From: a virus
DNA length: 23,110 nt
Reading direction: 5' to 3' (one strand)
Virus record (IMG/VR): IMGVR_UViG_3300012861_000029
Shown: positions 1-8,163 of the stretch, in pieces
Position numbering within the stretch: position 1 is the stretch's first letter
How the letters are laid out: each line of letters opens with the position of its first letter
Made by a program: the position numbers and the translations under genes
The notes under the pieces: generated by a model
Databases searched by the model: none
Told to the model about the DNA's origin: nothing
Seen by the model: the letters and a program-made list of their open reading frames with translations, nothing else

Positions 1-97
1 CATCGAGATGTTCTACAACCCGATCCGCCGGCACGGTTCCGCTGGCGGGGTGTCACCGGTAGAGTTCGAACGGCGCTACGCGCAACGCGGCAACTGA
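1..97 (+). CDS. IS3-family DDE transposase (OrfB), C-terminal fragment, partial at the window edge
   Basis: Frame 2 reads IEMFYNPIRRHGSAGGVSPVEFERRYAQRGN with a stop at 95-97. The FYNxxRRH...SPxEFE tail is characteristic of IS3-family integrase-fold transposases. Confidence 0.8.
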   Translation, partial: IEMFYNPIRRHGSAGGVSPVEFERRYAQRGN

Positions 98-123
98 GTG
101 TCTACGGAACCCTGGCCGGTCCA
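1..123 (+). mobile_element. Terminal 123 bp of an IS3-family insertion sequence; the element body lies left of the window
   Basis: Bases 1-123 are the exact reverse complement of 22988-23110 (checked block by block). The block carries the transposase C-terminus and ends ...GGTCCA, which fits the TG...CA tips typical of IS3-family ends. Confidence 0.8.
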
Positions 124-840
124 AACCCCGGCCTGCTGGGTCTTGCTGTGCTCCAGCCGGTAGATATAGCCCACCTCGCCAATCCGGCGCAGGTCGCGCA
201 GGTCGGCCGCGGCGATCTCGCTGCGCCGGCGCCCACCGCTGGCAAACCCAAAGCAGAGCAGGGCACGGTCGCGGATCCCTTCCAGACTGTCGTCACAGGT
301 GGCCAGCATGGCCTCCAGTTCGGGCAGGGTGATTGCGGTCTTCTTGCGCGGACGCTCGCCACGTTTGACTGCGGCCCGGGCGGCGCGGCTGAGCACGGTC
401 CGGATCGCCGGTTGCCCGCAGGGATTGGCCAGTTGCTTGAGCCGATGGGCGGTCGACAGCACGGCCACCCGATGCCGCACGGTGGCCAAGGTCCAGGGCC
501 CCAGCCTGGCCTTCAGGCCGGCCGCCACCAATGCCCGGTCCACGATCAGCGGCAGCTCCCATGCGAGCTCACCGTCAGTCGAGCGGCGCTGAACGTGGTC
601 GACCACAAACTGCAGCACGGTGGCTTCGGGCACCGGCAAGGCCAGCTCGATGCCGTAGCGCGCCGCGTGCCAGCCGGCCCAGTAGCGCAGCGCGCTGGCG
701 TAGCTGCGGGTGGTGTTGGCCGCGGCCGCTTCGGCCAGCAGCTCACGCACCGCATCCGCGGCCTGTTGCGCCAGCTGTTCGGGCAGCACCAGGTGCTGGA
801 CAGTCTGAGCGAGGGCGCCACTGGTGGAATTATCTTTCAT
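124..840 (-). pseudogene. Tyrosine recombinase / integrase (possibly TnpS-like), truncated by the IS insertion
   Basis: ATG at 838-840. The first 239 codons are native and include an N-terminal SAM-like region (NTTRSYASALRYWAGW) and the Arg-I box (RDRALLCFGFASGGRRRSEI). From base 123 down, the last 15 codons (WTGQGSVDTQLPRCA) and the stop are IS sequence. The HxxR box and the catalytic Tyr are missing. Confidence 0.75.
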
Positions 841-898
841 AGTATGTAATGTATACTACGCCTTAGTGCCTCTAACCGCGATAATCATCACTTATCGC
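840..898. promoter_or_regulatory. Divergent intergenic region with two palindromes, each with a 7-nt spacer (candidate recombinase core or operator sites)
   Basis: TAGTAT-gtaatgt-ATACTA at 840-858 and GCGATAA-tcatcac-TTATCGC at 878-898. The region is AT-rich relative to its surroundings and sits between the divergent recombinase and DNA-binding genes. Confidence 0.4.
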
Positions 899-944
899 CA
901 GTACGCACACAACGAGGCAGGGCGGCCACACAGGAGACCTTTCT

Positions 945-1877
945 ATGGCCCGCGGCATTACTGAATCCGATGTCCACACCGCCGCCGACGAATTGGTCGC
1001 TGCGGGCGAACGCCCGACCGTCGAGCGGATCCGCGCCCATTTGGGCACGGGCTCGCCGAACACGGTTACGCGTTGGCTAGAAACTTGGTGGCGCGGGCTA
1101 GGGCGTCGTCTGCATGCGCAACAAATACACCTGGACGTCCCGGCGGCGCCGGAAGTCGTAGCCGCCCTGGCAGGGGAGTGGTGGGGGCGTGCGCTGGCCG
1201 CGGCCCGAGAAGAATCTGCCCAGGCGTTGGCCACTGAGCGCAGCGCCCTACTGCAAGAACGCGAGGCCCTCGACGACGAGCGCAACCGCTTGGCTGCTGA
1301 GGCCAGTGCGCTGCGCGCTGCGTTGGAGGCGGCGCGACATTCGGAGCAGGTTGCGCAGGCTCAAGCCACGGAGCTGCAACGCCTGGTCGAGCAGGTGCAG
1401 AATCAGGTCCACGGATTGACGCAGCAGCGGGACACAGCGCTGGCCCGCGGCCAGGAGTTGGAGGTTGCCCGGGAGGCGCTACAGCGCCACCTGCAGCAGG
1501 CCGAAGAAGTAGCCCGCACCGAGCGCGAAAGCCTCACTCAGCACCTTCGCGCCGTAGAGAATCGGGCTCACACCGAGGTAGATCGTGCGCGCCAGGAAAC
1601 GAAGGAGCTTTCATCCAAGCTTAGTGCGCTAGACAAGGAGCGGACGTCGGTCGAACGTCGGCACCGCGAACAGCTAGAAGAGGCCCGAAAGGCCACTGCC
1701 GAAATTCAACAGGAATTGGCAGGCCAGCGGGCACGAGCGGACGGCCTGGAAGCCCAGCTCGATAACCTCCGAAGCCTGCCGCTAGCGCTGGAGGCCGCTC
1801 TTCGGACACGTAGCCCCGCAAAGCCAAGGACCGCCGGCCGGAAGACGAAGGTTCGAGGCGGTTCGGGCACGCCCTGA
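945..1877 (+). CDS. KfrA_N-type DNA-binding protein with a long Ala/Glu/Arg-rich coiled coil (KfrA-like or TnpT-like)
   Basis: AGGAGA RBS 7 nt upstream of the ATG. The N-terminus (ITESDVHTAADELVAAGERPTVERIRAHLGTGSPNTVTRWLETWW) matches the KfrA N-terminal DNA-binding domain as I remember it. The remainder is heptad-like coiled coil. Confidence 0.7.
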   Translation: MARGITESDVHTAADELVAAGERPTVERIRAHLGTGSPNTVTRWLETWWRGLGRRLHAQQIHLDVPAAPEVVAALAGEWWGRALAAAREESAQALATERSALLQEREALDDERNRLAAEASALRAALEAARHSEQVAQAQATELQRLVEQVQNQVHGLTQQRDTALARGQELEVAREALQRHLQQAEEVARTERESLTQHLRAVENRAHTEVDRARQETKELSSKLSALDKERTSVERRHREQLEEARKATAEIQQELAGQRARADGLEAQLDNLRSLPLALEAALRTRSPAKPRTAGRKTKVRGGSGTP

Positions 1878-2050
1878 GCCAAACAGCACTCTTGCGATCG
1901 CCTCGACGGCGCTATCCTGACTTTGGATCGTGTCCGTGTTGCTCAAAAAAACCTTTGCAGATCAATGAAGGGCGCGATCCTCCGCAAAGTGACAGCAATC
2001 GGCGTTACCGACACTTCGTTCCGCCCCCAGCCTTTGGGAGTCGGGCCGTG

Positions 2051-2078
2051 ATCTTACATAATATACATTATGCGAAAT
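2051..2078 (-). repeat. 28-bp dif-like XerC/XerD site (prophage junction, XerD-arm side)
   Basis: The minus strand reads ATTTCGCATAA-TGTATA-TTATGTAAGAT, very close to the proteobacterial dif consensus (..GCGCATAATGTATATTATGTTAAAT). It shares 18 bp (2061-2078) with 8529-8546. Confidence 0.85.
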
Positions 2079-2164
2079 GAGTTGTTGTGGCTGATGCTCG
2101 CCTTGGCGGCTCTGGCACCGCTCCTGCACCGGTGCGTTCCCCCGCAACAGCAAAGGAACGCACC

Positions 2165-2515
2165 ATGGTAGACACGTACGATCGCATCGACCTGACCGGC
2201 CCTTGGGCCGGTTTTGGTTTTCAGGGAGACCGGTTTTTCAGCCCCGAAGGCCACGACTTCAATCCAGAGGAATTGCTTTGGCTGTCGCTGACCTTCAACC
2301 TCGCCCGCGAGTGGCGGCTAATGATGGCCGAGGAACGCGCAGGACGCGCCACACGGGCCACACGGGCCACGGACGGCTGCGAGGTCATCCACCTGCGACA
2401 CATTCTCCTGCGGCGCAAGGAAAGGCGGTTATCCACGATGGGCGGCGCGAGGTTCGCCGACCCAGCAAAGGCAGTCCGAGCGACCAGACGGCACAGCCGC
2501 TATCGGCGCGGGTGA
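2165..2515 (+). CDS. Phage protein, DUF3653-like
   Basis: ATG at 2165 is preceded by AAAGGAA. WAGFGFQGDRFFSPEGHDFNPEELLWL resembles the DUF3653 family seen in Xanthomonas/Xylella filamentous phages (from memory). The longer 2087 start crosses no RBS. Confidence 0.6.
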   Translation: MVDTYDRIDLTGPWAGFGFQGDRFFSPEGHDFNPEELLWLSLTFNLAREWRLMMAEERAGRATRATRATDGCEVIHLRHILLRRKERRLSTMGGARFADPAKAVRATRRHSRYRRG

Positions 2516-2525
2516 AACGTTGTCC

Positions 2526-2546
2526 GTAGGGGGCCAAGCCCCCTAC
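2526..2546. terminator. Perfect 9-bp GC-rich hairpin, GTAGGGGGC-caa-GCCCCCTAC
   Basis: It lies 11 nt after the stop at 2513-2515. There is no U-tract. It could act as a terminator, or as a phage ssDNA origin or packaging hairpin. Confidence 0.4.
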
Positions 2547-2583
2547 ACCCCTACAATGCCGGCTTCAACCACAGGGGGAAACC

Positions 2584-2901
2584 ATGAACTACCGACCGCC
2601 CAGCCCACGCGAAACCTATCAAGGCCTTTGGTGGCAAATCGCCCTGGGCATCTTCGTCGGCCAGCTGATGATTGCGGGCCTCGCCGCGGTGCTCGCCTTC
2701 GCCTTCGGCTTTCTGGCCCTCAGCAGCATTTCCGCAGCGCTGCCGCGCACCAGCCATCACGCGACGGTGCGACTACCGACTGTGACACCGTTTGCCCCAG
2801 CGACGCCGCGCGCACTTGAGGCTGGCGAACGCTGCATCAGCCACAAGCGCTTCGAGCGCCTGCCCAACGGCTGGCAGGAATTGCCGAACGATCCCTGCTG
2901 A
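2584..2901 (+). CDS. Small membrane protein (phage accessory, function unknown)
   Basis: Strong RBS AGGGGGAAACC before the ATG. One clear hydrophobic segment (WWQIALGIFVGQLMIAGLAAVLAFAFGFLAL). Its stop abuts the convergent zot-like stop. Confidence 0.6.
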   Translation: MNYRPPSPRETYQGLWWQIALGIFVGQLMIAGLAAVLAFAFGFLALSSISAALPRTSHHATVRLPTVTPFAPATPRALEAGERCISHKRFERLPNGWQELPNDPC

Positions 2902-4227
2902 TCACATGTCCAACGTCGTGGGCGGCGTGTACGACTCGGCCTTATAGCCCGGCGATTCGGGGAACGTGCCCTGCACTCGGGCCTGCTTTCCGATGGTGGC
3001 GCCAGAGAGGCCGGCACCGCCCCCGGCGTCATTCGCTGCGCTCACAACGCCGGGAGCAGCGCCGCCCGGAGAGAGGTTGTACAGACGAGCATCGGCCTCG
3101 CGCACTGGCGCGGTCCAAGGCCACGCCGTGGCGATCAGCACATGCTCGCCAGCAGCCAGTCGCACGCCGTAAGACTCGACCTCAACCACGAAGCCCAGCG
3201 CTTCCAGCTGGCGCAAGTCCAGTTGCTCCACGATCACGCCACTGGTGTCGATCCACTGGACCCATGCGCGCACCTCCGTGCCGACCTGGGCGACGGCTGC
3301 CAGCCTGATACGCCCCTTGTCGCCGAGGTCGACCACGTAGCGTTGTTCCGGGCGAAGATCAGCCAACGGATCGACTACGGCTTTTGCGACCGCCTGCCCG
3401 GGCGCTGGCACGACCTCGCCGGGCTTGAACACCTGCCCCACAGCCGGAGTCGCACTCGGCCCCGCCGAAGCGCTCTGCGCCTTGTGGTGATCGGCCTTGC
3501 CCTTAGAGAAGTAGTGCACCAGCCCCATCACGCCTAGCGCACCGGCGGCGATGAAGAACACCGCCTTGACCGCGATGGCGGCCCACAGCGTTTTCCCGCC
3601 TTCTTCGTACACCTCGACGTTCTCCGCGCCCGGCGCATAGCCCTCATACAGGGGAAAAATCGCCGGATCGTACTTGAGCGTCTGGCCACCGACCTTCTCA
3701 AACTTGCCCGCGCTGACCGTGTGGAAATACGTCACCCGGTAGCGGCCCTTCATGCCTACAGCCGTCAGTTTCTGAAAGCTGTGTTTCTTCTCGATACGGG
3801 CCTTCACCGCGCTATGCAGGCGGTTGATCCACTGGGTCAGGATGACCGCATCGCCGCCGTTCTGGCCCAGCAGCGCCCAAAAATTCTCGACCTCTGGCGG
3901 CAGCGGCTTGCGCTCATTCACGTAGAACTCGTGGACCTCATCGATCACGACCAAAGCGTCCTTGAATCGATCATCAATGCGCCACTGCCCGCTTTCCGCG
4001 TCGCGATGGCACACGAACATCGACACCACGTCCTTGGTATCCACCACCACCAGCAGCGCCCGCACATCGTCTTCGCTCATGCCCAGGTGCGCGGCGATCC
4101 GGTCATGCCGCAGCCCGTTGAGCCGCGCAAACACGGTCCGACCCTTCTTGAGCGCCGGGAGAATATGGTTCTTCACCGCATCGTAGGACTTGCCCGCACG
4201 GGGCACCCCTTCATTGAAAACAAGCAT
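2902..4227 (-). CDS. Filamentous-phage assembly ATPase pI / zonula occludens toxin (Zot)-like protein
   Basis: MLVFNEGVPRAGKSYDAV carries a Walker A P-loop, and VVIDEVHEF a Walker B. A central TM segment (LWAAIAVKAVFFIAAGALGVMGLV) follows. The ATG at 4225-4227 overlaps the upstream stop (TAATG). The track ORF from 4536 is over-extended. Confidence 0.9.
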   Translation of the reverse strand: MLVFNEGVPRAGKSYDAVKNHILPALKKGRTVFARLNGLRHDRIAAHLGMSEDDVRALLVVVDTKDVVSMFVCHRDAESGQWRIDDRFKDALVVIDEVHEFYVNERKPLPPEVENFWALLGQNGGDAVILTQWINRLHSAVKARIEKKHSFQKLTAVGMKGRYRVTYFHTVSAGKFEKVGGQTLKYDPAIFPLYEGYAPGAENVEVYEEGGKTLWAAIAVKAVFFIAAGALGVMGLVHYFSKGKADHHKAQSASAGPSATPAVGQVFKPGEVVPAPGQAVAKAVVDPLADLRPEQRYVVDLGDKGRIRLAAVAQVGTEVRAWVQWIDTSGVIVEQLDLRQLEALGFVVEVESYGVRLAAGEHVLIATAWPWTAPVREADARLYNLSPGGAAPGVVSAANDAGGGAGLSGATIGKQARVQGTFPESPGYKAESYTPPTTLDM

Positions 4228-4553
4228 TACCAGATCCCCAGCGTCAGCACCCGACGCACGATGTAGAAGATCATCGCCGCGCCCAGCATGGTCAACGCCG
4301 GGCCCACCTGAAATACCTGGGCGAACCACAGCGCCGTGTTGCCCGCCTGCCCCATCATCCCGCCGATGCTCTGCCCCTGCATGAAGCTCGGCAACGGCAG
4401 CTTGTCCAGCACATACAGGATCATGCCCAACGACTGTTCCAGCCACATCACGAACAGGTCGCCAACGAAAGTGACCACGGCCTCCCACACGTCCTTTATT
4501 GCGTCCCACAACCACTGAGTGAGATCTGTCAACCAACCGGCTTGCATGTTCAT
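4227..4553 (-). CDS. pVI-like minor coat protein (DUF2523-like)
   Basis: [17 protein letters not shown]... is a hydrophobic 108-aa protein sitting between the pIII-like and pI genes. Its start overlaps the upstream stop (TGATG at 4551-4555). Confidence 0.65.
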   Translation of the reverse strand: MNMQAGWLTDLTQWLWDAIKDVWEAVVTFVGDLFVMWLEQSLGMILYVLDKLPLPSFMQGQSIGGMMGQAGNTALWFAQVFQVGPALTMLGAAMIFYIVRRVLTLGIW

Positions 4554-5803
4554 CAGGTCACCGCGATGCGAATAGCGAAATAGGCCGCGATCGCCAAGAT
4601 CACGAAACCACACGCCTGCAAGAACACCAGAAAGTCGCCGCTACAGTGCCCGCTGTAGTTCATGGCAGACCACCACTTTGTGCCCGGGATGGAGAACACC
4701 GGGCAACTTCCTCCGCCGGGCAGCGTCATGAAGGTACTGATGCCGCCCACGATGCGCGTTTGCTGCACCGAACCCATGAACTGATCCAGTACCGACGAAA
4801 CAGTCTTCTCTGACTTCGTGTAGAGCTTGCTGCGCTCCGCACCAGCGCCCGGGTCGTCGTCGTCACCATCGTCGCCGCCATCACCGCTGCCGCCGCTACC
4901 CGAGCCCGAGCCGGTCCCATCCCCCTTGCCCGTGCCGTCCTTGCCATAGGTGCTGTCGAACGTGGTGATATTGCTGGTAGTCGAAGCACCGCCGTTGGAC
5001 GAACTCGTTACCTGGCCCTGCCCGCTCACAGACCAATCGCCGCCATTGGCGGGAGGATCCTTGGGCGCGTTTATCTGAGCGCCCTCAGGCGACTTCGTGG
5101 CAGCCTGATTGCCGCTCTCTGCCGTCTTAACGCCGCTCTCGCCGGGCGACCAACAGAACTGTTTACCTGTAGACGCCGTCGCGCACGTCTTTCCGTCAGC
5201 GCGCACACACTGCGTCAACGTTCCGGTTTGAACGCACCTCTCTTGATCGCCGAGCGGCGAACTCGGGCCACCCACTCCATCGCCAACCGTGCACGCCTGA
5301 CCGGTCGGCGACATCTTGCTGGCCTTAGTGATCGTCACGCCCCCAACGGTCACAACGTCCCATGTGCCGCTAGTGTCCACTGCGAAGCCGCAACCACCCG
5401 AGCAGGCTCCCGCGTTGCCCTGGACACGTACATTCTGCAAGGCAGGCTGGCTCGCGCAGCTCTTCGTTGTATCGAAATAGAACTCAACACGATTCATGTA
5501 AGACGTCAGGTTCCAGAAGCTGCCACCCGGCGCACCCGCAGCACGCGCTTGGTATGCCCCATCCACCGAAGGGCACCACGCATAGGCACCCGCGTATAGG
5601 CTGCCGTTTGACGTAATGCCCGACTGGATCAAGACGGACACTGCCTGCGAGGCGTACGACATGCAGGACGAGTAGGCAGAACCTTGGGGGCACTTGTTCG
5701 CGAAAGTACACAAGTCGGCCGGAACATTGACTGCGGCGGCGAACGCAACGCGCGGCGCAAGCGCCAGCAACGCTACCAGCAGCACGGCAAGCACCCGGAT
5801 CAT
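4553..5803 (-). CDS. pIII-like adsorption / minor coat protein
   Basis: It has a signal peptide ([24 protein letters not shown]), a Cys-rich N-domain, a Gly/Ser/Asp linker ([26 protein letters not shown]) and a C-terminal membrane anchor ([16 protein letters not shown]). The ATG at 5801-5803 forms an ATGA overlap with the upstream micro-ORF. Confidence 0.8.
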   Translation of the reverse strand: MIRVLAVLLVALLALAPRVAFAAAVNVPADLCTFANKCPQGSAYSSCMSYASQAVSVLIQSGITSNGSLYAGAYAWCPSVDGAYQARAAGAPGGSFWNLTSYMNRVEFYFDTTKSCASQPALQNVRVQGNAGACSGGCGFAVDTSGTWDVVTVGGVTITKASKMSPTGQACTVGDGVGGPSSPLGDQERCVQTGTLTQCVRADGKTCATASTGKQFCWSPGESGVKTAESGNQAATKSPEGAQINAPKDPPANGGDWSVSGQGQVTSSSNGGASTTSNITTFDSTYGKDGTGKGDGTGSGSGSGGSGDGGDDGDDDDPGAGAERSKLYTKSEKTVSSVLDQFMGSVQQTRIVGGISTFMTLPGGGSCPVFSIPGTKWWSAMNYSGHCSGDFLVFLQACGFVILAIAAYFAIRIAVT

Positions 5804-5874
5804 GCGTCTAGCCCCTTGACACCCGCGATGCCGCACAGCGCGCCTACGAAGCCACAGAACAGCAGAAAGATCAT
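5800..5874 (-). CDS. 24-aa hydrophobic micro-ORF (pVII/pIX-like candidate), absent from the ORF track
   Basis: Hand translation gives [33 protein letters not shown] lies upstream, and its stop overlaps the pIII-like ATG. Confidence 0.45.
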   Translation of the reverse strand: MIFLLFCGFVGALCGIAGVKGLDA

Positions 5875-5932
5875 GTCTCGCTCCCAGAAAAGGCGAAGGC
5901 GGCACCGAAGTACCGCCCTCCCCTTGCCACCA

Positions 5933-6061
5933 TCAGCCGAAGAAACCGGCCACCTTCTTCGCGCACCACTTGGTGAAGCCGACCAGGGCGATCAGCGCGG
6001 CAGCGCCGGTGATGGCCACGACGGCGTCGGCGGTGCTCAGGCCACTGAGGATGTCATCCAT
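5933..6061 (-). CDS. Major coat protein (pVIII-like), 42 aa, absent from the ORF track
   Basis: AGGAGA RBS 7 nt upstream. Hand translation gives MDDILSGLSTADAVVAITGAAALIALVGFTKWCAKKVAGFFG, with an acidic N-terminus, a hydrophobic core and a basic C-terminus, as expected for an inovirus major coat protein. Confidence 0.8.
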   Translation of the reverse strand: MDDILSGLSTADAVVAITGAAALIALVGFTKWCAKKVAGFFG

Positions 6062-6091
6062 TGCAATTCTCCTTTCATTGGTTGCGCCAGC

Positions 6092-6337
6092 TCACTTGAA
6101 CATCGCGGCGACGGAGCCGGCCAAGCGCCCCGCGACGAAACACACCAGCACCGCGCCAAAGCACGTGCTGAACCACAGCGCCGCGTCGCCCACGTCGGGC
6201 GGCGTCAACGCCTGTTGCACCAGCGAATACACGCCGTACTCGCTGCCAGTGACCAGCACGTAGCCCGTGCACTCACTGACCGCCTGCCCGGTGGGGGCAA
6301 GCGTTCCGTCAGCACGAAGGGCTACGCACAGGGCCAT
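6092..6337 (-). CDS. Hypothetical phage membrane / minor coat candidate
   Basis: An 81-aa ORF between the ssDNA-binding and coat genes, with a C-terminal TM segment (ALWFSTCFGAVLVCFVAGRLAG). No clear RBS; assigned by position only. Confidence 0.5.
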   Translation of the reverse strand: MALCVALRADGTLAPTGQAVSECTGYVLVTGSEYGVYSLVQQALTPPDVGDAALWFSTCFGAVLVCFVAGRLAGSVAAMFK

Positions 6338-6340
6338 GGA

Positions 6341-6619
6341 TTACTTCGCGCTCTTGGAGGCGAGGTCCGGAATCAGGCGGATGCGGCGACCGAATTCCAG
6401 CCCGCCGAACTTGCCGCTCTCCAACGAAGCCGGATCGATGACGTAATCACCCGGGATGTACGGGCGCTGGTCATCGTCCAGCGTGAGCTTGAACGGCAAG
6501 GGGAAATCTCCCTCGCGGATCACAGCGGCCTTCTGCTCTCGAAACGAGACAGCCGCCTTGCCCTCGCGGGCGGGGAACGAACGCGTTTCGACCGCATCGG
6601 TCATGACCTGGACTTTCAT
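6341..6619 (-). CDS. Probable ssDNA-binding protein (gV-like)
   Basis: The start MKVQVM has a GGAAGGTGG RBS, and its ATG overlaps the Rep stop (ATGA at 6616-6619). The 92-aa size and position right after Rep fit gV. Assigned by synteny rather than by motif. Confidence 0.55.
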   Translation of the reverse strand: MKVQVMTDAVETRSFPAREGKAAVSFREQKAAVIREGDFPLPFKLTLDDDQRPYIPGDYVIDPASLESGKFGGLEFGRRIRLIPDLASKSAK

Positions 6620-7650
6620 ATTTGAACCACCTTCCACGCTATTGGCCGGCCCCCTAGGAGAGTTACGCGCCACGGACTGGGCCAGTATTCGCCCGTGAGC
6701 TTGTCGAACCATCCGCCCTTTGCCTTGCGAATGTCCGCGTCAACGCCGAGCACTTCGCGTGCCTCGACAGATGCTTTCCACCAGCGCAATTCGCGCTTGC
6801 TTTCTTCGTTCAAACCACCGCAGCCATGCGTACGGAACCCCTTCGGGAACGCACCAGCGATGAGCGACGTGAACTTGCTCGCGTACTTGGCGAGATAGCC
6901 AACCGCGTTGCGCGCACGCTCCATCTTCGTGGAGCCATGCGGCCACCAGCCCTTTTCGTCAGGCCGTCCAAACCAGATGCCGCGCGGAACCCATATCAGG
7001 ACGTGATAGTGCGGGCGTCCGCGCTGGGTGAGTTCGCCCACCCATAGGTAACGGAACACTTCACCTGCGAACCGTCGGGCCCGAGAGACAAGGCGATTGA
7101 AGAACCGCCGCATTGCTCTAAATAGCTCGCTAACGTCACGAGGGCTCGCACAGCTTCCGTCTCGGTAAGTGAGCGTGAGCATGTACCACGCGCCACGCCG
7201 CGACCCTTTTTGCGTTTCTTGCTCATGGAGCCTCGCGCTCGTTATCACGGACTTACGCAGCCGCTGCGCCCGCGCTTGCAGCGGGTCAATTTCAATCGCT
7301 ACACGACCGGTCTTCGCCGTGTCGTGACCACTTGTTTTGTAATGGACAAGCCCAAGGGCGAGCGCTTCGCGCTCGCCCTCCGAGGTCAGCGCGAGCGGAC
7401 CGCCCGCAGCCATGAATGAGGCAACAGAAGCCGTGCTAGCCCGCTTCTGGCGGGCGATGGTTTCCGACGCGAGTTCAGCACGACGCGACGCCGCCTGATG
7501 CTGTGCGACGTACGCGTCAATGTTGTCCAGGCGCGGCGGTCCAGCCTCGGCCATGCGGATGCGCGCATCGCGCGACGTGCACGCAACGCACAAGCCGCCC
7601 GGGAAGGCGTACGTGATTGGATCACCGCAGAAGTTGCAGGCCCGGCTCAT
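6616..7650 (-). CDS. Rolling-circle replication initiator (HUH endonuclease, gII/RstA-like)
   Basis: ATG at 7648-7650 with a GGAAGG RBS. It has an N-terminal CxxC...CxxC pair (CNFC, CVAC), an HUH motif (RPHYHVLIW) and a YxxK motif (GYLAKYASK). The 462-aa track ORF is over-extended across two small upstream ORFs. Confidence 0.85.
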   Translation of the reverse strand: MSRACNFCGDPITYAFPGGLCVACTSRDARIRMAEAGPPRLDNIDAYVAQHQAASRRAELASETIARQKRASTASVASFMAAGGPLALTSEGEREALALGLVHYKTSGHDTAKTGRVAIEIDPLQARAQRLRKSVITSARLHEQETQKGSRRGAWYMLTLTYRDGSCASPRDVSELFRAMRRFFNRLVSRARRFAGEVFRYLWVGELTQRGRPHYHVLIWVPRGIWFGRPDEKGWWPHGSTKMERARNAVGYLAKYASKFTSLIAGAFPKGFRTHGCGGLNEESKRELRWWKASVEAREVLGVDADIRKAKGGWFDKLTGEYWPSPWRVTLLGGRPIAWKVVQI

Positions 7651-7832
7651 GCGGCCTTCCGACGCAGCCGCAGCAGGCGCCGATTCGCACGCCAGATCCA
7701 GAACGCTTCCCGCATGCCATCGCGCACAAGCGATACACCGCCAGCGCCAACGAACGCACCAGCGGCAGCGGTCCAGAACAGCCACTTGACGAACTGGCCG
7801 AGTTCTTCGGGCGACGTGCAGAAGGTGCTCAT
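7647..7832 (-). CDS. Small phage membrane protein (hypothetical)
   Basis: 61 aa with one TM segment ([17 protein letters not shown]) and ATGA overlaps at both ends. Confidence 0.5.
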   Translation of the reverse strand: MSTFCTSPEELGQFVKWLFWTAAAGAFVGAGGVSLVRDGMREAFWIWRANRRLLRLRRKAA

Positions 7833-8032
7833 GCTGCACGCTTCCAGTCGCGCTCATCGGCGCGCTTCTTGCCCAGGGTGCGATTTGCCTCGGCCACCAG
7901 TGCGGCCGCACGGTACTTGCTGTCCAGCTGCGCCAGCCGGCGCTCGCCACACCACGCACAGAAACGCGCGAGCCCTGCGGCCACGGCGAACGCCGCAGCG
8001 GCAAGGCTCAGAATCATGATCAGATCCAGCAT
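7829..8032 (-). CDS. Small phage membrane protein (hypothetical)
   Basis: The start [20 protein letters not shown] has a GGAGGGG RBS. It is 67 aa and is the first gene of the minus-strand phage operon. Confidence 0.5.
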   Translation of the reverse strand: MLDLIMILSLAAAAFAVAAGLARFCAWCGERRLAQLDSKYRAAALVAEANRTLGKKRADERDWKRAA

Positions 8033-8092
8033 CGGCCGATCCCCTCCCCTGCCCCCGAAGGACCCGCCCACCGGTCAGGGGGCCGGGGGCCG

Positions 8093-8163
8093 GGTGTCAC
8101 CAATTCGGTGACGGCGGGGAGTGTATGCTCCTAGGTGACACTACTGTCAACGGTTTGGTGACA
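8093..8163. promoter_or_regulatory. Divergent phage control region with four GGTG(A/T)CAC-type repeats
   Basis: GGTGTCACC at 8093-8101, GGTGAC at 8107-8112, GGTGACA at 8134-8140 and GGTGACA at 8157-8163. The last runs straight into the regulator ATG, which has no SD and may be leaderless. Confidence 0.45.

Noticed and set aside
148-849. 233-aa plus-strand ORF opposite the recombinase
   Set aside because: It is antisense to the recombinase frame, which carries recognisable integrase boxes. It has low-complexity Gly/Pro/Gln composition.
840-860. Partial resemblance of gtaatgtatactacg to the dif central region
   Set aside because: Only the TAATGTATA core matches. The flanking XerC and XerD arms do not. 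I treated it as a generic AT-rich palindrome, a possible recombinase core, and not as a third dif site.
4228-4536. N-terminal 103 codons of the 544-aa track ORF (zot-like gene)
   Set aside because: The extension overlaps the pVI-like gene in another frame and is Gly/Arg/Ala-rich. The Walker A motif follows immediately after the ATG at 4225-4227, which overlaps the upstream stop.
5684-6625. 313-aa plus-strand ORF across the phage coat region
   Set aside because: It is Arg/Gly/His-rich and antisense to a chain of overlapping, RBS-supported phage genes.
7651-8004. N-terminal 118 codons of the 462-aa track ORF (Rep)
   Set aside because: The extension is Arg/Trp/Cys-rich and overlaps two small RBS-supported ORFs. 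The ATG at 7648-7650 has a GGAAGG RBS.
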